The notes below the pieces were generated by a model. The model saw only the letters and a list, made by a program, of their open reading frames with translations, did no database searches and had not been told where the DNA came from. The position numbers and the translations under genes are program-made. This document shows, piece after piece, positions 41,420 through 55,321 of a DNA stretch of 64,000 nucleotides (positions within the stretch are counted from its first letter, which is position 1; each line of letters opens with the position of its first letter). The stretch comes from Eledone cirrhosa (Eukaryota), in the NCBI GenBank assembly GCA_964016885.1, contig OZ024740.1:411060001-411124000 (forward strand), in the 5' to 3' direction.

Positions 41420-42064
41420 ATACTTGGGGAGGGTCATATTTGTTTAATAATATTGCCAGAATTAATAACAGAACACACTCACTGTTTGGTTGGTTTTCGC
41501 TTCTGTGTCTTTTATAACGGTTAATTTAATTTATTCGGTTCTCAATGTTACCAAATTCGTTTCTGAATTTGTTTAGCAAGATTCTTTATCTGAAAACGTG
41601 TGTTGAAACCGATATTGTTATACTTTGGGAGGGTCATGTTGCCAATAAGAAAGACACGCACCAGATGCTTTCACTCCAATTTATTATAAATTAAATTTAT
41701 AAATTTAAAAATTTATAAATTTAAAAATTTATAAATTTAAAAATTTATAAATTTAAAAATTTATAAATTTCCGTTTGGTTGGTTGGTTCCACAACCGGAC
41801 GATTGTTCATATATTGTCAAAGTTCTTTTGTCACACATTATATGACCTCTTCAGTGACTGGGGTTTCTTTTTTTTTGTTTTGTGCCTCTCCTTTTTCCTG
41901 TCCTACGCGATCTTGTTTTTGTGTGTGTTGTGTGCTTAGTTTGCGCATGTGTTACATCCGGGTGTCTGTGTGTTTTTATTTGTTTATTTATTTGTTTATA
42001 AATGTTACTGGTTGGTTCGTTTTTCTATGTGTGTGTGTGTGTGTTTTTTCATTTTGTCCTATTC

Positions 42065-43240
42065 ATGGTATGGTGGGACAATAAACTTAAACTTAAACTT
42101 AAAGAACAATTAGAAGACAGCAACCTCTTATTCCTGATAATGTACTCCTGCTATGTTGATGATATAAACATCGTAGTAAACCCCCTCCCCAAACTAGAGA
42201 ACAGTCAGGAATTAGAGAAAAACACTATGGAAAGCATCCAGCAAATAGCTAACTCCATCCACCAGAGTATTAGAGTTACTATAGACTACCCAACCATCGA
42301 TTACCTGTACTAGACACAGAGCTCTGGTTAGAAACCATTAATAACAAAAAACAAATCCTCCATTCCCATTATGCCAAACCCATGACTTCCAAATATCTGA
42401 TCCACCGAAAATCAACTGTTTCGGATCACACCAAATTCAACATACTGATTGCAGATTTGGTACGGGTGATGACAAACGTGTCCTGCATGTGCAACTAGAA
42501 AGACACATACAACACTTCATCCACCGTATGCAGTTCTCTGATTACAATCATAGAGATAAAATCAGAGTATATAGAGGAGCCAGAACCAAATGGGAAAAAA
42601 TGGTAAATAATGATACAAATGGGACCTGCACTTGTATAGGAGCAAATTTTGGAATAGAATAGAAAGAACTAGGAATAAGGTTAATAGAATAAACTCATGG
42701 TATGATAGCAATAAATACTAGAGTGTAATGTTCATCAATACAACCCCTAGAGGTGAATTATCTTACAAATTTAGAAGGGCCCTAGATAAACTTAAACTTA
42801 ATATTAAGATAGTAGAAAGACCAGGTACCTCCATAAAAACACTTATTAGCAATACATACACTTTTCAAAGACCTCCCTGTATAGATAAGAAATGCATAAT
42901 CTGTAAACTAAGCCCCCATATTAACTGTAAAACTAGAAATGTAGTAGATAGCATAAAATGTACTGAAGGACAGTGTAAAGATAAGAATATAGTGTACATA
43001 GGTGAGACAGCTCGTAGTATAGGAGAACGGTTAAATGAACACTGGCGAGAGCTTCAAGATAAAAAAGAATCATCAATACTCCAACAACATGCTAAAATAG
43101 AACATAAGAGCAAATTAGAGAACATAGAAATAAAAATAGAATCTACACACAGAAAAGACGCAATGTTTAGACAAATCACAGAGGCAATAAACATAAATGA
43201 AGTCCAACTAAAATTAAATAGAAAACATGAATACAATTAA
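42065..43240 (+). pseudogene. PLE RT C-terminus + GIY-YIG, frameshifted
   Basis: ORF track 42002-42313 and 42728-43240 carry the motifs above. Confidence 0.85.
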
Positions 43241-43305
43241 GGACAAAATGAAAACACACTCACACATAGAAGAGGCACAAAACAAAGAAAAGAAAAGAAT
43301 TCCCA

Positions 43306-43348
43306 GTCACTGAAGAGGTCACAGAATGTGTGACGAAAGAACTTTGAC
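43306..43348 (+). ncRNA. Minimal hammerhead ribozyme in the PLE-A pLTR
   Basis: gtca/tgac stem I, CTGAAGA(+g), gtcaca-gaatg-tgtgac stem II, GAAA-gaac-TT. Confidence 0.78.
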
Positions 43349-43599
43349 AATATATGAACAACCGTCCGGTTGTGGAACCACCCAACAACCAGAAATTTAT
43401 AAATTCTTAAATTTATAAATTTATTTTATAATAAATTGGAATGAAAGCAACTGGTGCATGTGTTTCTTATTGGCAACATGACCCTCCCAAAGTATAACAA
43501 TATATATATATGTGTGTGTGTGTGTGTCTGTGGGAGTACGTGCGTGCGCGCGTGTGTATGTATGTGTGAGTATAATATGAAACACAAGTTAGATTGTTT

Positions 43600-43970
43600 A
43601 ATGCTTCAGTGGAATCTATCTCACTGTATTCCTATGAATGATGGTCAGTGACTATACCTATCATCAAAGATCTAGACAGTTGCTGCAACCGAATGTTTAG
43701 GAAGATACAAAACAACGACCGTGTGTTACAAATTCTCGACGGCAAACTTCCACCCATTAGCCATACCACCCGTGACAGGCGTGACAGGCAGATCAGGTTA
43801 TGAGAGGCAGTGAACTTCCTTCAAAATGTTTGATATGGGGACCTACTAAAGTGAAACCAAAACCTGGAAAAACTCCCATGACATAAAAGTCATTGAGGAA
43901 TATTTAAATTGTGCAGTGAATAACTGAAGTATATAATGCTGGGTCGTATGAGATAGAAAGGTTTTATCAT
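43600..43970 (+). mobile_element. Old RTE 3' remnant
   Basis: LDSCCNRMFRKIQ, GKLPPISHT, LIWGPTK resemble the RTE C-terminus at 23310-23520. Confidence 0.5.
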
Positions 43971-44029
43971 GTCACCACAAAAAGGGTAATAGAGTGGGTA
44001 ATAGGAAAAGAGTCAGTCCTGATTCTTTT

Positions 44030-44082
<53 letters not shown>

Positions 44083-44084
<2 letters not shown>

Positions 44085-45032
44085 TTGTTTGCCACAGGGG
44101 CGTACAAAAATGGGATATTACAAGACGTGACGGCGGGGGTTTTAAATAAAAATCATATAACTTTTACAATAATAAATAACTGTTTCTGCTTTAAGCACAA
44201 GGCCAGCAAACACCAGTGCATTACTGGTACTTTATTTTATCGACCCCGTAAGGATGAAAGGCAAAGTTGACCTCGGCGGGATTTTAAATCAGATCGTAAA
44301 GGGACGTAACTATGCTGGAAAGCATGGCGTCCGACCCTCTACCGATACTGCCAATCCACCGTAAACTATATATAATAAAATAACAATTGAAATTCCAAAT
44401 ATGGGGGAACATTACTGCAGGGTTCTTTTACACCCCGTGGATAGAACAACCCTCAACACCAGCAACACGTTTTGTAGGTGTTCCTGTCTTCCCTCTGTTC
44501 ATCTTCCTCAACATGCGGGTTTATATACAGAGAAGGCCATTTCACTCGGGGCATTTTCGACACATTCACCCACCTTTCAGCGAATTTACTAGGGTGTAGC
44601 ACCTCTCTCTCCACTCTCACCTTTCTGAAGTGATACTTAAAGAAGGGGATAAATTGTTGTCCGGAGAGAAAGGTGTTTGCCCTCAGTCCTTTTAACCTCG
44701 TCCCCCATATTACCTCTTTCGCCATAGCCACCAGACAGAGGAAAACCGCCTCTTCTTCGGTTTTAAATGAAGGCTGCAGGTTGATCCTCATGATGGACTC
44801 GGCTGACAACTGGATGCGTCCCACACGTGACAGTAGCTGTTCGACATAATTTCACTGGTCGGTGACGCCTGGGCACTGCAGAAAAGTTTCGATGTCCTGC
44901 TCGCATCTTTGACAAGTCCTTTTGGCAGGATCTCTGTCAGGACGTCCGTGCCTGTAGATTTTGTCTCGAACTGGTAGAGCTCCTCGGTAGCACTGCCAGC
45001 CCAGAGACTTCTGGAAGTTATCCATCAACCCT
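44083..45032 (-). mobile_element. 5'-truncated Tx1-clade copy related to 55301-60790, interrupted by a SINE
   Basis: MDNFQKSLGWQCYRGALPV, FKTEEEAVFLC, REVLHPSKFAERW match ORF2. The 3' end cccatttttg..gtggcaaacaaag matches 60754-60785 and abuts (TA)n. Confidence 0.9.
44180..44362 (-). mobile_element. SINE family 1 inserted in the Tx1 3' UTR
   Basis: Reverse complement of the full SINE. Confidence 0.88.
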
Positions 45033-45584
45033 GATCAATTTAATTCTCTTTAACTCACTACATTCCACGACATGAAGTCTACATATCAAAACTGATCAAG
45101 GAATCCTTCCACCTCTACCCCTCCCTCCATCTCAGTTTGTCACTCTACTTCCTAACTCTCCCCATTCCTCTCTCTCTCTCTACTATTCCGTTTGCCCCTC
45201 ACCTTCTAATTCCTCTCTCTCTATACTAGTAAATGCAATTCCAAATAAATGTTTTTCTCCATATATTAAGAACTATTTCAAGAGTAACCTACTCACTATT
45301 TTGAACATTTTCGACTGTGAACAACAATTATAATTGAGTGGCTGCTATTTGCAGTATAGTAATATAAGGTTGCACTTACCTATGAAACGGTCGTAAATAC
45401 CTGGATAAAATCCTTCACTTAATGCTTACCTGTGTTTTCTCTTTCATATTTTATACTTTAAACTCCAAGATTGAACGGAATTCTTACAAACTTGTGGAGT
45501 TACTCCTAACCGTACGTTGAAACCATCCGTGAAACTGGCTTTCATAACCACGAACTGGATCACAATAAGCAATATTCTGCTTCC

Positions 45585-45682
<98 letters not shown>

Positions 45683-45720
45683 GTGTTTTACAAGGTCTTT
45701 GATATGAAATCGTGTGTCTA

Positions 45721-45875
45721 AACAAATAATAACAGAACACACTGTGTGTTTAATTGACAAATAAATTAACTATGCATATATAAAAGATATAGAACCGCAA
45801 ACCAACCAAACAGTGAGTGTGTTCTGTTATTATTTCTGGCAATATTATTACAACAATATGACCCTCCCCAAGTAT

Positions 45876-45880
<5 letters not shown>
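45721..45880 (+). mobile_element. Terminal piece of a PLE-A-related subfamily
   Basis: atatgaccctccccaagtataacaatata. Reverse complement of 41414-41515. Confidence 0.7.
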
Positions 45881-45949
<69 letters not shown>

Positions 45950-46469
45950 GGAAATAAGACCGTTATGCCTGCAATCAGTCCACAAACAATTAGTAAACAC
46001 ATTAAACCGAACGCCAGCCTATAATCATGGCTCCTTCCCGACCAAGCCTTTCTTACATTCCAGATTCGTTAAATCAAATGCGGACTCCCATCTTCCAATT
46101 TCAGACATACGTAACCGGAGCACAGCAGTCACCAAATGGGGAAGACATAATTTATCAGTTGTCATATTATTCAGCTGTGATATTATGTAGTTTCTACATA
46201 ATAAATCTAAAGCTATTACCATTTGCAGCTTAATATAGTTGTGTGAATACCAAAATGTGTAGAGAAAACACAATTTGTATGAAGTTTAAGAAATTGTCTG
46301 TATACTAAGTAGTGCATATAGCCGGATAAACATCATCGCTGCTTCCGTGAAAGATTTAGAAAAAGATGTTAATTTAAGAAATTCTGTGGTAGAGGCTGTA
46401 ACGCATTGAGTGCGGTTATCTCTTTTACATGGAACTGCTGACTACAGTCCTTTAATGTTATCTATTTGT

Positions 46470-47060
46470 CATTTGAAGGAAAAGCACAAGGTCAGCATTT
46501 GGCGAAAGGGGAAAGTCGATTAAATTGACCTAAGTGTATCAATGGTACATTATTTAAAGATGAAATGGTGGTGAATTGGCAGTATCGGTAGAGGGTTGGA
46601 CGCCATGCTTTCTAGCATAGTTATGTCCCTTTACAGTCTGAGTTCAAATCCCGCCGAGGTTAACTTTGCCTTTCATCCTTACGGGGTCGATAAAATAAAG
46701 TACCAGTAATATACTGGGTTATTGCTGGCCTTGTCCCTAAAGTAGAAACAATTATTTAAAGATGAAAGGCAAAGCTAACCTCGGCGGGATTTTAACTCAT
46801 AACGCAAAGGGCCGTAACTCTATGCCACACAGAATGTTGTCTGACCCTCTACCGATTAATCCACCAAATTAAATAATTGCTTTTACGTTAGGCACAAGGC
46901 CAGCAATTTCCCAGTGCATTACTGGTACTTTATTTTATCGACCCCGTATGGATGAAAGGCAAAGTTAAATTTGGCGGGATTTGAACTCAGAATGGCAAGG
47001 GCCGTAACTCTATACGTCAAAGCATGGCGTCCGACCCTCTACCAATACTGCCAATCCACC
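46470..47060. mobile_element. Cluster of four SINE-1 copies (partial +, 46568-46754 +, 46760-46866 -, 46876-47060 -)
   Basis: Core repeated in both orientations. aaattaaata direct repeat flanks the last copy. Confidence 0.87.
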
Positions 47061-47437
47061 AAATTAAATATTGTTAATGTGCTCTACTTTTGGTGAGTTT
47101 AATTTAAGGGACTTTTATGTTTATACATTTTATAAAGAATCAGTTGTATAACTAATATAATTGTTGGCTTGTACATCGCTCAAGTGTCAACATAATCGTT
47201 CTTGTATACGTTATAGTACATAATCTATACTTCACAATTGTATTGACTTCGTTACAGATATTACAGTTGCAGTCTTCTACAGCTCGTTCTAGCTCTTGCT
47301 CTGCGTATTTTTCTTTCTATCTCGTTGACTAACCCTCGCTCTCTCTCCTTTTTCTCTCTCTTTATGTATACACACATATAATTATATATTTATATATATA
47401 TATATATATTTACATATATATGCACACATATGTATAC

Positions 47438-47487
<50 letters not shown>

Positions 47488-47559
47488 CATATATACACAT
47501 ATATACATACATATATATCTATATATCTACACACACACACACACACACATATATATATG

Positions 47560-47591
<32 letters not shown>

Positions 47592-48530
47592 AGTAACTGT
47601 GGTGTGTGTATATTTGAATAAATACATGCTCAAAACATTCCCATCTTTCTATATATATTACGAATATATGGATATCTATGACAAATATATCAATGTAATC
47701 AGATTGTTGAACTAGGATATTTTATACTCCGGAGACAAATATCACATGAGAGTTGCAAGTATTACGTTCCTTTGATATTACTATTATATTATCAGTCAAT
47801 TCTTTGAAGAAGCAGACAACCAAATCGGCTGCAACTACGTCTGCGAAAACATTATTTACTCCACCAATAACAACTGCAATCGGTAAATGGTTTTGATATC
47901 CGATTCTGAAACATTTTGTCATTTAAGCATAGGAAAATGACATAAAGTCATAGAGCGAATGTGTCCATTAATCATTTTCATTTAGATTGGTAATCAACTA
48001 TCCAAATGTATTAGGTTATTCACCAAACGTTATATCATTTATCATTTTAATATAAAAATTATTCTCTAACGAAAGTGTGTTGCCTTCCTTTATACATTTC
48101 TTTTATTTTTTCTGTTTAATACTTCGATATCATTCAATGCGATGAACATATTTATTCAAATCTTAACTCCTCACTACTTATTTATATATATATATAAAGA
48201 CACTTACACCCTCCAGGGTCGTTTATTAGTCTGAGGCATAGGTATGATTTTGTATGCGATGCATATATTTGGTGACTGCTTCAGACTTTTTATTTATTAA
48301 TGAGTACTTGTCGAGCAGAATGCGAAGTGCTTCGGCCGAACACAAGTTACAGGGCCCTTCGCTTCCTACGTAGTAGGTAGGGTATTCCTTTTTCACGTAG
48401 CCGCCAGAGGTGGTTGGAGAGGCTTGTAGAAAAGGATTGGAACTATTACTGTATATGAATGTTCATAAAATTGTAGGAATCTCGTACCAGGAGTAGCTTT
48501 AAACAGCCCGCTGGTTAAAATATAACCTTA

Positions 48531-48569
<39 letters not shown>

Positions 48570-48570
48570 C

Positions 48571-48645
48571 AGTAATAATAATAAATTTGAAGACTAAAAT
48601 CCAAAGAGGGCTCGATAAGGATAAATATATATCAAATATATAAGA

Positions 48646-48686
<41 letters not shown>

Positions 48687-50875
48687 CAAAAAGTATGACC
48701 CCGATAGCAGAGCTCAAGCCGTTTCGGCGGCTATTTCTGGACTAAATTATAATTTTTAGCCTGGTGAATAAATAGCCGAACTTATCAAGGGGGTACTTCC
48801 TTATATGGGAACATTGTAGTTGTCAAGAGTATTGGTTAGAATTTGTTGTAAACACAAATAAGTCTATCATGGCATTTGGTGGGAGGTAGGGGTTGCTGAA
48901 CTTGCCTGTAGAACAATAGGGGTGTGAGTAGAGCGGTCAAGCGTTGGAAGTGATATGTATACAGCAGATTCTAAGGATAGTGTATGAAGTGGAGGAGTGA
49001 GGTTATAGAATAGGTAAATCGAATGAGAGTAGGAGACAATAAATGATAATAGATAAAAATATATATATAGTGAGAAATGATTAAAAAAAAACCATTGCTG
49101 TCTTACAATTACAGGTTAATAAGTTGAGAATAGAAAAAACTTGTAGAAATTGAGTAGTATCAGAACTGATCAAAATTAAAGGGGTTTAACACGTCTGCTA
49201 TAAGTAGTTAGTAAAACGTATTCGGCCAATTCTATCTTAAAATTACAGGGGTGTGGGAACTGATGCTACAGAGGACCGATGGGCTGCATCGGGGTAGGCG
49301 AAAGGGGAAAAGCAGACGAGGAAGAAAATATGGGGTGGAAGGAAGTGATAGGATGAGACAGGGGGAAGAAGAAGACAAAAAGGAAAAGAAAAGAAAAGAG
49401 ATACATCTACCTAAGTAAGCTGGGGTTTCCCCTAACTTATTCGGCAAGTGGGGGTATCAGCCCTTGTCTACCCACCCGGATCCTTATGGGGTTTGAGGGC
49501 GAGGTAAGTCCTACGCAGTCTGTGTTTGCATGCGGTTACCAGTTTGTCTTTCTTGTTTAAGTGTTGGTCCTTCGAAAGCAGCATTTGTAATGTTTCCTCC
49601 GAGCATAAGTTACACGAACGGCGTCCTCCCGTGTAAGCGTTAGCTCTGGACAGTAAGCTCCAAGTGAGATTGTAGGTTATATTATTATCTTGGAGGTCCC
49701 AGATGTAGCCCGAAAGTGTAGTGGCATGTCGCCGGACCGGGTTTCGGAAAGTATGTTGGTGTTGGTAGAGCCGGGTCTTGAAGTCACACGCGGTTAATCC
49801 TATATAAGCTTTGTTGGAGGTGTCCGTCCTCACGTTGCACTGGTAGATCACGTTACGCTCTCGGCATTTGTTGTTGAGGGGGCACGTAGATCTATCAGGG
49901 CAGTTACACCTCCTGGTCGGCTCTCCACTGATGTCTAGGTTATTTCTTCTATAGGGGTTGAGTTTTTTGTTGTTTGAGTTGACGATGTTTTGTGCGAAGT
50001 TAGGTGTGGTGCTCTAGGAGAGTTTGATGGTGTTTTTGTTGATTATGTTGTGGTACGGTGTTGTTGTGGGAAGTGTTTTTCGAGGAGTCTAAAGAAGATT
50101 TTCCCGATAGGTGTTGCCACCTCGGCATTATGGGGAGGATTGAACCAGGTTACGTTCCTCTAAGGGAAGCTGGATAAAAGGATATTTCCTCCCGGAAGCC
50201 ACTCCGCTTGAGGGCCTGGTTGTAATGAGGCGCGTGTTCGTCGAATATCTGCTCATTAGCGGACAAACGAGATATGCGGAGGGAGATGTTTTTAACCAGG
50301 TTATTGGTGATGTTTCTAGGATGTTAGAGCGGCAGTGGATGTAGTGCAGGTTGTGGTTTGGTTTCCTGTATGGGTAGTAGAGATCATTTTCGAGGTTAAG
50401 TGTAACGTCTAGGAAATCGACTCGGGTTAGGGACGTTTGTAGGGTGATTTTAAATCCCCAGTCCCAGAAGAAGTTGATTAGTTGTTTACGGACCGGGTCT
50501 GTACTACTGGGGTTGTACCCTTTGAGGGTGAGGAGCCCATCATCCCGGTACAATCCACGGCGGAATGCAGGAAACATTTCGGTGAGTATAAATAGTAGGA
50601 ATAATCCTATAATATGTGACCTCGGCCGAATCCGTCGCGCCCATACTGACGTCGAAGGGGGAACGGGAGCTCTCTTTATCCACTTGGAGTTGTCGAAAAG
50701 TAGGACTGTCTTCCTGCCGTTGAGAATGATATTTCTTTCCTGGTCAGTGATGGGTGTGAGTGTTTCGGAAATATATATATATATTTATATATATATAGGG
50801 TTCTTATATATTTGATATATATTTATCCTTATCGAGCCCTCTTTGTATTTTAGTCTTCAAATTTATTATTATTAC

Positions 50876-50876
<1 letters not shown>
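48571..50876. repeat. About 80-bp module X as an inverted pair bracketing the PLE
   Basis: 48571-48650 is the reverse complement of 50796-50876. The same module starts the element at 9691. Confidence 0.9.
48750..50770 (-). mobile_element. 5'-truncated, frameshifted PLE (CxC-x5-C linker, GIY-YIG)
   Basis: GLYRDDGLL, VDFLDVTLNL..YRKPN, WFNPP, CNCPDRSTCPLNNKC, IYQC..AYIGLT..FKTRLYQH, CNLC, TACKH. Confidence 0.9.
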
Positions 50877-50912
<36 letters not shown>

Positions 50913-50934
50913 CAACTTGTTCGATTATCTCTCA

Positions 50935-52239
50935 TCTGTATATATATAAAATTAACTATGTGTGTGTGTGTCTGTGTCTCTGTGTATTACCTATAGGGGC
51001 CTACATCTTACGACCGATTTTTATGAAACTTTACAGGCTCATAGATTAGTCATCGGGGCGTGTTTTCTATATATCAGCGTATCGTTTTTTTTTTATTCCG
51101 GGGTCATTCTGCATATAAAAATCGATATGGGGGGGGGGGGGGGGGTCACCTTTTTTTAGGTATCGAAAAATAAGATTTTTGACTCTAGTTGCCACATTCT
51201 ACCACCGATTTCGTTCAAATTTTAAAGCAAAATCAAAATTTTCATTGCACATCCTGTAATGGCTGTATATTCTCCATTTGTTTTTCAGGAACCGCGTGGC
51301 AGCCGCCTAAATATTCAAAAATACCACTTTTAGACTCAAATTTCCACTTTTTCGGCTGTAGCTCCCACATTAATCAACTTACTTTGTTCAAATTTTAAAA
51401 TACGCTAGATCTGATTATTTCACGTTTTAAAGTGGCATTGGATTTTTTGTTCAGGAATGGCGTGGCAGCCGCTTAAATATTCGAAAATACCACCTTTTCG
51501 CTCAAATTTCCGCCTTTTCGGCTCTAGCTCCCACATTATTCAACCGATTTCGTTCAAATTCGAAACTTCGGCTCCACCTCACACATAAATCAATGTATTA
51601 GGTTCAACTTTTATACTACGATAGAACCTATCATTAGCTCCCACATTTTTCAACCCATTTCGTTCAAATTCGAATCTTCGGCTCCACCTCACACATAAAT
51701 CAATTTATTTGGTTCACCTTTTATACTACGATAGAACCTATCATTGCACATCTTATAGTAGCTTTACACTATGCATTTTTTGTTCAGGGACGGCAACCTA
51801 TCATTAGCTCGTACATTTTCCAATCAATTTCGTTCAAATTCGAAACTTCGGCTCCACCTCACACATAAATCAATTTATTTGGTTCAACTTTTATACTACT
51901 ATAGAATCTATCATTGCGCATCTTATAGATGGTCAAAGGCAAAACGTTGGCCATTGACGTTGTCTGAACTTTTAGTTGTGTATTTGAGAATTCATCGGTT
52001 TCCAATCAAGTAGCGTGAGGAAATTTGGCTTAGTGTTAGATGTCATTACCTCCCTCCCCCAGCATGCCTCTTCGTCAGTCACCCGCGTTTCTCAGTGATA
52101 GAGGTCATCACCACCCTCCCCCGCCTGGCCTGTGTGTGGCCATAGATGAGTCATCGAGAAGCAGTCGCTAAGATCAACACCTTTTCATCAAAGCAGATAT
52201 TATTTTACCTACCCAGGCAACGCTGGGTACTGCTACTAG
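50935..52239 (+). mobile_element. Non-autonomous Helitron-like element with internal tandem repeats
   Basis: A|TC 5' end (tctgtatatatataaa), ccgatttttatgaaactt motif, repeated atttcgttcaaattcgaa..ctccacctcacacataaatc units 51520-51930, 3' hairpin acccagg-caac-gctgggt then CTAG|T. Confidence 0.75.
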
Positions 52240-52379
52240 TAGCCAATAAAAGTACGTTGAAGCTGTTAACTCTTACAAAAAGCTAATTTGAGCCACCTTG
52301 TGCAGCTTCGTATGCAAATGAGAGTAATCACCTCATTTACACAGACAAGAAAACTCTTTATTTTCTCCTATTTTCAAGT

Positions 52380-52612
52380 CTAGCAGTTGCAAGGGCGGGA
52401 GGGCTCGTCCTGATGAGAAACAGTTCAGTTCAAAATGCATCGACTATTGACCCCTTGCTTCTGCTGGACACCGCCAAGTGGCGATAGCTGCCGGTGTTTT
52501 TGCATAGCTACAGCCTTCTAAATATTTATTTATAAACATACCGTATTTCTATAGAGATACAAAATCCCAATACATAGCTGTATACAGCTATGCTCGAAGC
52601 TAAATTCTAATT
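52380..52612 (+). mobile_element. Solo pLTR of family D with mutated HHR (52407-52444)
   Basis: gtc-CTGATGA-gaa..ttc-AAAA-tgca-TC-gac; downstream homology to 12410-12545. Confidence 0.7.
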
Positions 52613-52660
52613 CTATTATGTATTACTTACGTATGCACGTATGTATATAAACGTGTATTT

Positions 52661-52772
<112 letters not shown>

Positions 52773-54395
52773 ACAAATATATATATATATATATATATAT
52801 AAATGGATAAATACATTCATACCATTATACTCACATAAATAAAACATGGACGCAAATAATATAGAATTAAAAGCATGTTAAGATGATATCTATCAGTAGT
52901 AGTTCTCTTTGATGAATGCAACATTTTATGTGGTATGTTTCACATAAAGAGCAGCATACCTTTTATTAACGGAAGTCAATACTTGACGTAAAATCGCTCT
53001 GGGCCTTTTCCGGAGCTTCGAAACTGAAAAAATAAAGTAACAATATCTAAAAATACCGCTAGCAATATAATCAATAAAATGTGCAAATGCTCAAAGTGAT
53101 TTAATATTATTCATGGCCAAATTTGCAGCAAACGGCTTATATAACACGAATATCCATACCAGTAGCAACTCCAGTGACGAAGTTTATTATAGCATCCCTC
53201 ATTAAAACAACATCAATGATAAGTACAACACTAACGATGGAGCAGCAACAGCTGCAACAGGAACTTCAAGAGAATACATATTATAAAGTAGAAATCTAAC
53301 AACAGTACCTAAATTAAAGAAGAAAACATTACAATCTATCAATAACAATAATGACAGTATTAATGACATAAATGGCTTTAGCTACAAAACCTTAACAATG
53401 GCTCTAGAAACAACATTACAATTCAGCAGTCCTCACAGTAGATAGAACAATGTGAGAATGACATCAGCTATGACGTCAACAATATGAAAATAACTTTCAC
53501 TACGGGGATTTATCATCAGTGAAATTGCATCCTAAAAGTGATAGGTAATTTACCTCGACATATCTCCATTAATCAGATAACAATTCCTAAGATATGAAAA
53601 TAGGCTTTTAAAATATGTTTAAACATATCCCAAACTCCACAATAGTGAGGCGTTAGTTGCACAGGAGAATTATTTCATTTAAAATATATTTATGACAAAG
53701 TCAATCCAGGTCAGATTGACTTCAAAGATATTATTTAATTAGTAGCGGGATTATTTCATGCACACAAGAGGATGTCGGTCACTTGCAAAACATCGTAGGC
53801 GGCGACGCTTTCCAGATGTCACACTCTGGTGGGAGGTGGGATACCCAAAATCCTTTCGTTGTTATTTTCCATAAATAGGGCTGAAAAAGAACGCAGTCGT
53901 ATCTGTGACAAGAATATTTTAGCGCGCAGGCCTCACCCCTGAAAAACAATTCCAGGCCCTCAACTTGCCTTGACTTTGTGACAAATTATACTTCGGGCCC
54001 TATAAGCTCTATGTCCCTCACATACTGAACATGTGTTCCTGATTCTATGCGTTGGACCATTATTGACACACGCTGCCAGAACAGCACATTTCTGACATTT
54101 GCTGTATAATCTGAGATGGTATTGTTAATTGGGCCCTTCTCCACTCCGATTTGACTAATTTACTTGCCTGTACTAGACATGTGTTCTTTTTGAACGGGGA
54201 GATTTTGACAGTTCTTGCCGTTTATGCTGCTAGAGATGCAAAACAAATCTTGCTCATGTTTTTGTCTGCTGAGTCCGTTAAAGTTATATGGTTATTATGT
54301 ATTAGTTATTTTTGGGATCGTTGTACAGTTGCTTTTACACAGACACACAGACATACACGCACATACACACACACATGACACATGAATACACAAAC

Positions 54396-54496
<101 letters not shown>

Positions 54497-54570
54497 CTAA
54501 TAATATCTGTGAAGACTAAAATCCGTTAATGGTGAAAGTAGCGATTCTTTGCTTAAATATTAATCTGTTC

Positions 54571-54634
<64 letters not shown>

Positions 54635-54641
<7 letters not shown>

Positions 54642-55300
54642 TAAATCATGTCTTTAGAATCATCAGATAAAATATATACTATTTCTTCTTCTAATTAGCA
54701 TAACTAACCATATAAAAAATCAATTAGATCAAGCTATAAGAAGAAAGGCTCTTATGGAGAAATCTCCGACAAATAACCGAACGTAGCCTCTTCGCGGTGG
54801 CCCCAATCGAGTATTTATCCAACATTTCGACAGCATGTCGAAACTGACTAAATATATCATCAACCATACACAATTAGGTGTAAAATTAAACTTAGAAGAA
54901 ATGCGTACATACCGTAATTATGGTATGTACGCATTTCTTCTAAGTTTAATTTTACACCTAACTGTGTATGGTTGATGATATATTTAGTCAGTTTCGACAT
55001 GCTGTCGAAATGTTGGATAAATACTCGATTGGGGCCACCGCGAAGAGGCTACGTTCGGTTATTTGTCGGAGATTTCTCCATAAGAGCCTTTCTTCTTATA
55101 GCTTGATCTAATTGATTTTTTATATGGTTAGTTATGCTAATTAGAAGAAGAAATAGTATATATTTTATCTGATGATTCTAAAGACATGATTTATGATATA
55201 TTGCTCTGATCTTTTAATTTATTAATTTTTCATAGAGCTTAAAAGTGACCAGTTGCAGCATATATATATCTATAACTTTATGTATATGTTAACCTTTATA
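54635..55300 (+). repeat. Near-perfect palindrome of about 565 bp (54635-55200) made of a PLE-type pLTR, plus unpaired tail
   Basis: Arms meet at ccgtaattatgg (54912-54923) with essentially no spacer. About two mismatches seen by eye. Confidence 0.95.
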
Positions 55301-55321
55301 TTCGAAGGAGGAAAGGAGAAG

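Larger units (their letters stand above)
41557..43502 (+). mobile_element. PLE family A: truncated RT-GIY-YIG ORF with 3' pLTR and inverted 5' pLTR
   Basis: YVDDINIV (42150-42175), YLDTEL, HYAKP, linker CIDKKCIIC..C (Neptune/Nematis-like), YIGETARSIGERLNEH, RQITEAINI..LNRKHE. 41613-42060 is the reverse complement of 43241-43502. Confidence 0.9.

Noticed and set aside
41586-41615. ctgaaaacgtgtgttgaaaccgata as an antisense hammerhead in PLE-A
   Set aside because: The core and stem II cannot both be formed and stem I is absent. The real HHR is on the sense strand at 43306.
51520-51930. Repeats with variable spacing resembling a CRISPR array
   Set aside because: Eukaryotic context, the spacers are themselves repeated, and the array lies inside a Helitron-like element.
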